A model generated the notes under the pieces. That model did not search any database. It saw only the letters and a list, made by a program, of their open reading frames with translations, and was not told where the DNA came from. Both the position numbers and the translations under genes were made by a program. A DNA stretch of 64,000 nucleotides, from assembly GCF_009914755.1 (NCBI RefSeq), contig NC_060934.1; one strand, written 5' to 3'. The stretch is from the human T2T-CHM13v2.0 reference genome, Homo sapiens. Below are positions 56,127 to 64,000 of the stretch, one piece after another (position 1 is the first letter of the stretch; each line of letters starts with the position of its first letter).

Positions 56127-56574
56127 TCAGAACTGTGTTGAAGACCTAGCTTTATCTCTTATTTGTTTTGTGAACTAAAACAAGAGATTAAATTCTCTGA
56201 ATGTCAGTTTTCTTTTCTGTAAAATTGGAATGATATGCCTTATAGAGTGTTGTAAAACTTCAATGAGACTATGTAATCGCTACACACAGGGCTTATTGGC
56301 TCTTAGGATTAAGATTTATTTTGTATGCCAGACATAGTCCTAGATGCTGTGGATACATAGGAAAAGACGTGAGTCTTGCCTTCAAATCCATAAACGATTG
56401 TGGGGGTAATCACATATTAAGACATAATGTCAATAAAACATGATAATTCCCATGATATAGGTATGCCCAAGGTTCATGGAGTAGTAGTAGAATCCGAAAA
56501 GATTTTCACAGGAGCTGGTCCTAAACCGAGGGTTGACAAATGAGTTAGATGTGTGTCAGTTGCAAGGCAGATTC

Positions 56575-58798
56575 TGTATTAGTTTTCTAGAACTGCCGTA
56601 ACAGATTGTCATAAACTTGGTGACTTTAAACAATAAAAATGTATTCTCTCTCAGTCCTGGAAGCCAAAATCAAGATGTCAACAGGGTTGGTTTCTTTTGG
56701 AGGCTCTGAGGGAGAAACCATCCCATGCCTCTCTCTTAGCTGTTGGTGGTTGCTGGGCATCCTTGGTGTTCCCTAGCTTATAGTTACATCACTGCAGTTT
56801 CTGCCTCAGTCCTCACATGACCTTCTTCCCTGTATGTTTTCACATGGCCTTCTTATAAAGATAGCAGTCATTGGGTTAGGCCCACCCTAATCCAATACGA
56901 CCTCATTTTAACTAATTATATTTGTAAAGGACCTCTTTCCAAGTAAGGTCACATTTTGGGTGGACATGAATTTTGGAGGGACACTATTCAACCCAGTACA
57001 GGGACTCTCTGGTTCCCCCAAATTAAGTTCTATTTCATGTGCAAAATACATTTGCCCCATTTCAACATCCTCCGAAGTCTCTTAACCCATTCCAGCATTA
57101 AATCTAAATCCAAATTCTCATCTAAAAATTCAAAAAGTCCCAAATCTCATCATCTAAACCAGGTATAGGTAAGACTGTGAGTATGATCTATCCTGGGGCA
57201 AAACCCCTCTCCATCGGTGGATATGTGAAACTAGTAAACAAATTATCTGCTTTCAAAATACAATGATGACAGAGGCATAGGTTTAGACATTCTCATTCCA
57301 AAAGGGAGCAAATGAAAGGAATAAAGGGATCACTGGTTCCAAGCAAATCTGAAATCAAGCAGAGAAAGTTCCATTAGGTTTCAAGGCTTGGGAATAATCC
57401 TCTCATGATATTCTATCTTGTGGGCCTTTGTTGGGGCATCCCCACCCTCTATGGCCTCTTCATCCGTGGCTCCACCCTTAGAGTCATTCCTCCTCCATTT
57501 TCTCTCATCTGTGTCCCTTTCAGTCCAAGCCTAGCAGTGCTTGTTGGTATAAAATTCTCAAAAACTGTGTTGATTGCTCATGCAATTCATGGGAGTCTGT
57601 GCCATTATGCAAGAAGGCCCTCCACAGATCTTTTCTAGATAATCTCTTGTCTATTGCTGGCTTCTGCTGAGATTGGTTATTAGATCTGTTAACCACACAC
57701 CTAATCTATTCAATGAAATGTCCAGCTACAACCTTTGTGTTCTCTCCAGAGCATGTTTTCTCATCTTTTGCTATCCAAATAGACTGAGAATTTCCCAAAT
57801 CATAAAGTGCTGGTTTGTTTTTGCTTAACAGTTTTTGCCTCAATTTATCTCTTCCCTCTCGCATTTTACCATAAGCAGTAAGAAGAAAGCAGGCCACACT
57901 TCTCATACTTTGCTTTGAAATCTCCTTAGCTAAGTATCCAGATTCATCCTTTACATGTTTCACCTTCCACACAACACAATTGAGTTGAACACAACTCATT
58001 TCTTTATAACAAGCACTGACTTGCCTCCAGTTTCCGATAATATGTTCTTCATTTTCATATGAGACCTCATCAGAGGCACCGCTAATGTTCTTATTTCTAG
58101 AAACATTCTGTTCATGACAATTTATATATTCTTTAAGCTGATAGAAGCTTTCTCTACAGCTTCCCTCATTCCTTTTTGAACCCTCACCAAAATCACCTTT
58201 AACATTTATATTTCTACTAATATTCTTTTTAAGTCATCAAGGCTTTTCCTATCATATGCTTCATAATTCTAGCCTCCACCCATTACCCAATTCCAAATTC
58301 CAAAGCCATTTGCAGACTTTTTTTTTAGGTATTATTACCCCTTACTTGGTATCAAAATGTGTGTCAGTTTCCTAGGGCCACCATAACCAATTACCACAGA
58401 CTAGGTGGCTTATACCAACAGAAGTGTATGGTTTCACAGTTCTGGAGGCCAGAAGTCTGAAATCAAGGTGTTGGCCATGCTTCCTTGGAAGGTTCTAGGA
58501 AGAATCATTGCCTCTTTCTACGTTCGGGTGGTTCCTGGCAAGCCTAGGATTCTTTGGCTTGTAATTGTATCACTCCCATCTCTGCCTTCGTCATCACATG
58601 CACTTCCTCTTCCTTCTTATGTGTCTTCATATGGCCTTCTTAGAAGGATACAAGTCATTGGATTTAAGGCTCATCCTAACACAATTGAACCTCATCTTAA
58701 TTAATTATATCTGCAAAGACTCTATTTCCAAGTGAGGTCACATTCTGAGATTCTGGATGGACAAGAATTTTAAAGGGGACACTATTCAACCCAGTATG
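56575..58798 (-). mobile_element. Complete MLT1B/C-type MaLR provirus (LTR 56575-57000, internal 57001-58359, LTR 58360-58798)
   Basis: Two homologous LTRs, both ending ..GGGACACTATTCAACCCAGTA. Internal ORF remnant GYLAKEISKQS..FLLTAYGKMRE is typical of MaLR-int. Confidence 0.9.
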
Positions 58799-59779
58799 TG
58801 TTCTTACAGACCTCTAATTCTTCCTCATCTTCTCTTTTAGGTGACAAGACACTAATATTAAGTTGCTATGGTGATAGTTTATTTATTTGACCTACTATCT
58901 GCATTCTATTTCTTTTCAAAATGTGTTTCTTATATGTTAAACCGTTATTATGTCAGACTGTGGCAACACCTAGAGAAATCTAAACATTATGTTTTTGCCA
59001 AGATGAGGTCAGAAACAGTAAAACATTGTTTTTAAGTTATTGGATTAATATGTCTGCCTGCTACTAACTGTGGTTAAATAATAATCTTTGTTTTTATTCA
59101 TAGTTAATTACATGCTCAAGTTGAAAATATCAAAGGTTCTTTATCTGATTCTGTGAATTGATATTTAATACATGGTCTGCCATGGTTACCTAGCCTGGGA
59201 TTTGTTACTTTAACACATCAATCAATGGCAAAGTCAATGTGTAAGCTGCTAGTGATTTGGGAAGCATCTTTGTATTCAATAGTCTTGTACCTTGTTTGTG
59301 ATTGAAGGTCATTCTTTAAGAAAAGAATGATATCTAAGACTGTAAATTCATTGTACTTTCTAAGCTCTTGAGAGTAGAGATTTGCAACATCAATATATAG
59401 CCAGGCTTTACCCATTCGGGCCACTAAGACTGATACTCATAGTTTTAATTATTTTCACTTGATGAAGCTAATTCCAGGAATACTATTCTTTACTTTCTTG
59501 GCTCTTAGAAGATATGTCTATTTTATCATTTGGAAACTTAGGAAACAATATCCTTTTGGTTTTTGTGCAGGCTTTTTTCTCATCATATACTTGCAATATT
59601 TTACTTATCTTACCTTCATAGTAATCCACATACTAGGGATATTATATTTAGAAGCTTCATGTCCCACTACTTATTAACTATACTGGAGTGTTATTTCTTG
59701 AGGTTTATTTTGAAAATATGATCCAAGCTCCTATTTCATTTGGGTTTGTTGTTGGCTAAAAAAAAATCCTCTTCAGCAC

Positions 59780-60140
59780 CCCATTTCCCCCAAAAGATAT
59801 CATGTCCTAATCTCTGGGACCTGTGAATGTTACCTTACTTGGTAAAAGGACCTTTGCACATGTGATTAGGTTAAAGACCTTGAGATGGGAGATTACACTG
59901 GATTATTGGGATAGACCCTCAATGCAATCACCAGTGTCCTTATGAGGAAGAGATAGGGGAAGATTTGAAAACAGACAGAAAAGAAAAAGGCAATATGATA
60001 GTAGATGCAGAGATTTGAGCAGTTTAAACACAAACTGATTTCTAATCCCTGGCCTCCACAATTGTGAGAAAATCCATTTCTGTTGTTTTAAGCCACCAAA
60101 TTTGTGTAATCTGTTACAGCAGCCTCAGGAAAATAATACA
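59780..60140 (+). mobile_element. MLT1C/D-type LTR
   Basis: CCCCAAAAGATATCATGTCCTAATCTCTGGGACCTGTGAATG..TTTAAGCCACCAAATTTGTG..GTTACAGCAGCC..AATACA. Confidence 0.8.
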
Positions 60141-60539
60141 GGTACGTAACATTTTCCCTTGGAAAATATGAGATACACCATACTCCTAACAAAAATGTAA
60201 TTGGCTGCTGGATTTATATATAGTAGTTATGTTTCTCAGTAGTTCTATGCAGAAAATGCATCCTCTGAGTTGATACTGGGTTTCGAGTAACATTCCTCCA
60301 CTTTGTCCTTAACTGAAATACTTAACCTGTCAAATTAATTCTGAACTTCCCCATAGAATAGATTTTTAAATTGGGAGACTATTTCAGTGATGTCTTTTAT
60401 AAAGAGGCACATCTTTTCCTACCTAAATAGTGTATTTCAGATTTGCCCCCTCTGTAAACATTCATATTTCTTTATAAAGCCTCAACTTCTGTTCAGTTTT
60501 CATTTCACATTATAAATTACAGATTAAACCAAAGCTTCC

Positions 60540-61000
60540 CTCCTTTATGGGTGCAAAATTGATGGTATAAGTAACTGTTCTCTCAAATGGCTAATTATAT
60601 TTCTAGTTGCCTACTTGAAGGTCTAATTAGCCAATTGCATATGCTTTTGTGGGGGCAAGGAGATAATTGGCATCCTCAAGCAGGTAATTAGAAAAGCAAT
60701 TATTAGTGCCCACGGCTAATTACAAGAATGAAAATTGTCCCCACCAAAATGGTACCAGTGTCTACTGGGCAGAATACCAGTCCCTGGAAAGTGACAGGAA
60801 ACTTAATTCATTTGGCAGTGTTAGAATGGCAGGCAGTAAAACAAATCATCAACTAGACCTACATAATCTATAAGCAACCTCCTGTGAGAGGGCTGTCAGA
60901 AGCCTTTCTAACTGTGGCAAAGGGCTGCAGTTGGGGCAGTTGCCCTATTGCCAATAATAACCTGCACATGAACTTGTATCCCTGTCAGGAGCACTGTGAT
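60540..61000. promoter_or_regulatory. Candidate developmental enhancer (homeodomain/MEIS/NFI motif cluster)
   Basis: TAATTA at 60592, 60624, 60685 and 60717, TAATTG at 60664, TGACAG/CTGTCA x3, several TGGCA/TGCCAA half-sites. No repeat recognised. Confidence 0.4.
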
Positions 61001-63139
61001 CTTCAAAGTTCTTTCATTCCTAGAAATAACGTATTATGAAATCCATTCTCGAGTGGCAATTTTTTATGATGTTGTGTTATCACACACGTTATAAAATAAA
61101 GGATTCTGTGGGGAAAGCCACTTGTGTTTAGTTGCTTTTCAACTGCATCTGACCAGTTCTTTAAGTAACAGAACTTCAGTTAAATGTTTCAGTGAATTCG
61201 TCTTTTGCAGAAAGCTTCCTGTGGTTAGCAGGTTTTGTTGTTGAAGTCCCTGCAGGTTTTATGCCCAATTAAGCCTCTGATTGGGCTCTTTGTTCTTTAT
61301 TACCCAAGTATTTATCCCATGTAAATGAGAAAGGGTAGAAATAGGCAAATTTGTTTTATCTGACAGCAAGTCAACAATTTAGCTCTCAAGTAACAAGAAA
61401 ATAAAACTTGTTGAGAAAGTTGGTACTGTATCTGAAAAATTTAAGTCTGCTGTCAAGAAAAATGAAAAAGCCTGAATCGCTGCATCTCCTGACACATTTC
61501 AAAATGGGGATACATAGCACAAATTATAGTGTGCTTGATGGTGCTGTTGATAATAGCACCCTGCGCTCCTCCCAGGGCACCGAGCACTACTGCTAAAAGG
61601 GCTCAACTGCGGGGGTTGTGCGCAGATAGTTGCCTGGGAGAGCTAAGGACTGTTAGGTCAGAGTTTCCAAGAATAGAGAAAATACGCCAGAAGAATTAAT
61701 GATTTAACTGGGAAAATGCCTTTGTCATTTTTTCCTATTTTAAAATTTCTTTGCCCTACTCTGTATTTTCCCATCATTCCTCCTGCCTAGTCTTAGTCAT
61801 TTACTTTAATCAGGACCCCCTGCTTCCTAAGCCAGGGCAAAATGTCTAGAACTATGGGAAAATTTTGCCTCGAAGTAAAAGTCAAAACAAATGCAAATCT
61901 GCTATTAGAGTTGAGCAGTTTAAATGCTCCAGTACAATTGAGGATTAAATTCTGGAAAAGGGTATCCAACATAAATACACAACCAAGAGGTTATTTTTTT
62001 TAATTAGCCATGATTGAAGGATAGTGAAGAAGAAGATTAAAGGCATTAATTATAGAAGAGACAAAGAATAAGCAGACTTTTCTTAAAATGTAGTATAAAA
62101 CAGTTTTGTTAGCCAGAGAATAAAGATATTTGTATTCCATTAAATATTCTATGCTTTTATTTTTTTCAGACACATTTTCTTGTACATTTGTGTATTTCAT
62201 GTGTTTCCCAAATCAATTTTGAGATCATAGAATGCATGGTCTGTCATTGTCTCTCCAGAGCAGGACAATCTGACAAGTGGTCACCCAGCCTCTACCCAGT
62301 GGTGGCCCCCAAAGCAGCCTTGTTAGTTTAAAAAGAAAAAAAAAAAAAACTCTTATTATTTGAAAGAGCCTTCTTTCCTTGAATTGACTTGCTTATTCTA
62401 ACTTCCACCCACAGTTTCTGTTCCCCAGAACTGCCACAGGGAGGTTCTGACCCTGAATAAATGGCAACCTCTCAGATATCAAAAGGCTCACGTACTAAAT
62501 CTTTCCTCCAAATCCCCAAGGCCTCTACGGCCTTTCTGTTACGATTGAATTTTAGCTGATTTAATATCTGTTCCTAAACAGTGACCAAACAATAATTCAG
62601 TTAAGCTTATATCCAACCAGAGGATCATTATGTAAATTTGAGTGAGGGTAGAGAGAGTGAAGGAAAATGAAATATTCTGCCTCATTTACCTTTAGAAACT
62701 TGTAACTTGACTTAAAAAAAAAAAAAAACTTTTAAACTGAATATATTGGTGTCAGAGAGATCTAGACCAGTATGTTTTTAAAAATTCCATGCCTAAGGTA
62801 ATATTTCATCTGCTTTTCTAGCTTTATTCTCTTTTTTCTATCTTCTACTACTTTTTTAATAAGCTTAAAGTAGAAAGAATTAAAAGGCACCTATTTTCTT
62901 TACTCAGTTTCTTACACATACTTCAAGCTTCACATAGATGTTCGTTAGCATTAAAAATGTTCGGGGGTTTTTAAATGAACACATTTTCTCTTACTCTGCC
63001 ATCTGCCAAACCAGTGCAGTTCCTATATGATTTATGTGAGATAACCCAGAAGAGTCAGAGACATAAATAAAAACTAAAAATCCATCAGTGGTAATTAGAA
63101 TCTGTCTAATGACAATGGTGATGTTTGGAAGAATATATT

Positions 63140-63400
63140 ATACATGTTCCTGTCTCAGGACTTTTTAATATCCTTCTCTTTTTTGCTGAAAATCTTTTCT
63201 CCCCAAGGTCCACATAGCTTACTTCCTTACCTGCTTCAAGTCTTTACTCAAATGTCACCTTTTCAGTGAGGCCTTGCAGAGCCAGACCCTATAAAATTGT
63301 GCTTCCCCCTTCCTCATGCCAACATACTTCTAACCACCAACATTTCCTGCCTTATTTTTCTCCATAACATCCATCATAATCTTACCTATGCTTTTTCTCA
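63140..63400 (+). mobile_element. L2 fragment
   Basis: CTTCAAGTCTTTACTCAAATGTCACCTTTTCAGTGAGGCCTT. Confidence 0.7.
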
Positions 63401-64000
63401 TTATTATTTGTGAAATATATCATGTGTACAGGAGAGTGTACAAAATACATATGCACAGTTTAGAACAAACACCTGGGTAAGCAAACACCTGTCTAATCAC
63501 CACCCAGGTTAAGAAATAAGAAGCTCCCTGGGTGTTCGGAAAGGTAACCACTGTTTCAACTTTTATGATAGTCATTCCCATATGTTTTCTTATTATTTTA
63601 TCAATTATGTATATTTGTGAATAATAATACAGACTTTAGTCATTTATTCTAGTTAAAACAACAGACTAAGATATCTGGCACTCTTTGTATATAGATGAGT
63701 TCCTAGACCTATTCCAGAATACTCCAAAACTTATTCTCAGCCCAAGCAACTTGACTCTTCCTTCACCAGCTCTCTTAACTCTGTCTATTTCACCCCCAAC
63801 CTTCCATCTCTTTCCAACCTTTCTTCCCTAGTTTGGCATACCCCTACTAGATGTTTAGATTCTTCTCCAATTCTCTTAACAGGACAGTCTTCACTTTTGA
63901 TATGAGTCAGAATCAACTGACCAAGGTAATCAAATTTTAATGAAAATAGGTAATTTCTTTCATTCCTGAAACAAATTTAAATAGTTATAGAGTTTCTGCT

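Overview
AT-rich, CpG-poor primate (human-like) genomic DNA that is intronic or intergenic and dominated by transposable elements. It carries about 14 Alu/FLAM copies (many with clear target-site duplications, TSDs), a 5.7-kb dead L1PA7-like LINE-1, many ancient L1M/L2/MIR fragments, solo LTRs (MLT2A1, THE1C, MLT1A/D/F), a complete LTR-int-LTR MLT1 (MaLR) provirus and several DNA-transposon relics (MER44B, MADE1, MER20, MER45A). I recognise no intact protein-coding gene, RNA gene or CRISPR/prokaryotic system, and nearly all ORF-track entries are Alu/L1-derived or chance. The leads most worth following are: (i) a chain of small + strand exon-like segments at 0.6-21 kb, supported by antisense bias of L1/LTRs over that span (lncRNA or decayed gene); (ii) a minus-strand acceptor + Kozak + 100-aa ORF at 34.1-34.5 kb that would splice in frame to a 34-nt exon-like segment at 40.7 kb; (iii) candidate regulatory modules at about 45.1 kb (paired CCAAT), 58.9-59.2 kb (RFX X-boxes) and 60.5-61.6 kb (homeodomain/MEIS/NFI cluster). 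Repeat subfamily calls come from recalled consensus sequences, and boundaries of ancient repeats are approximate.
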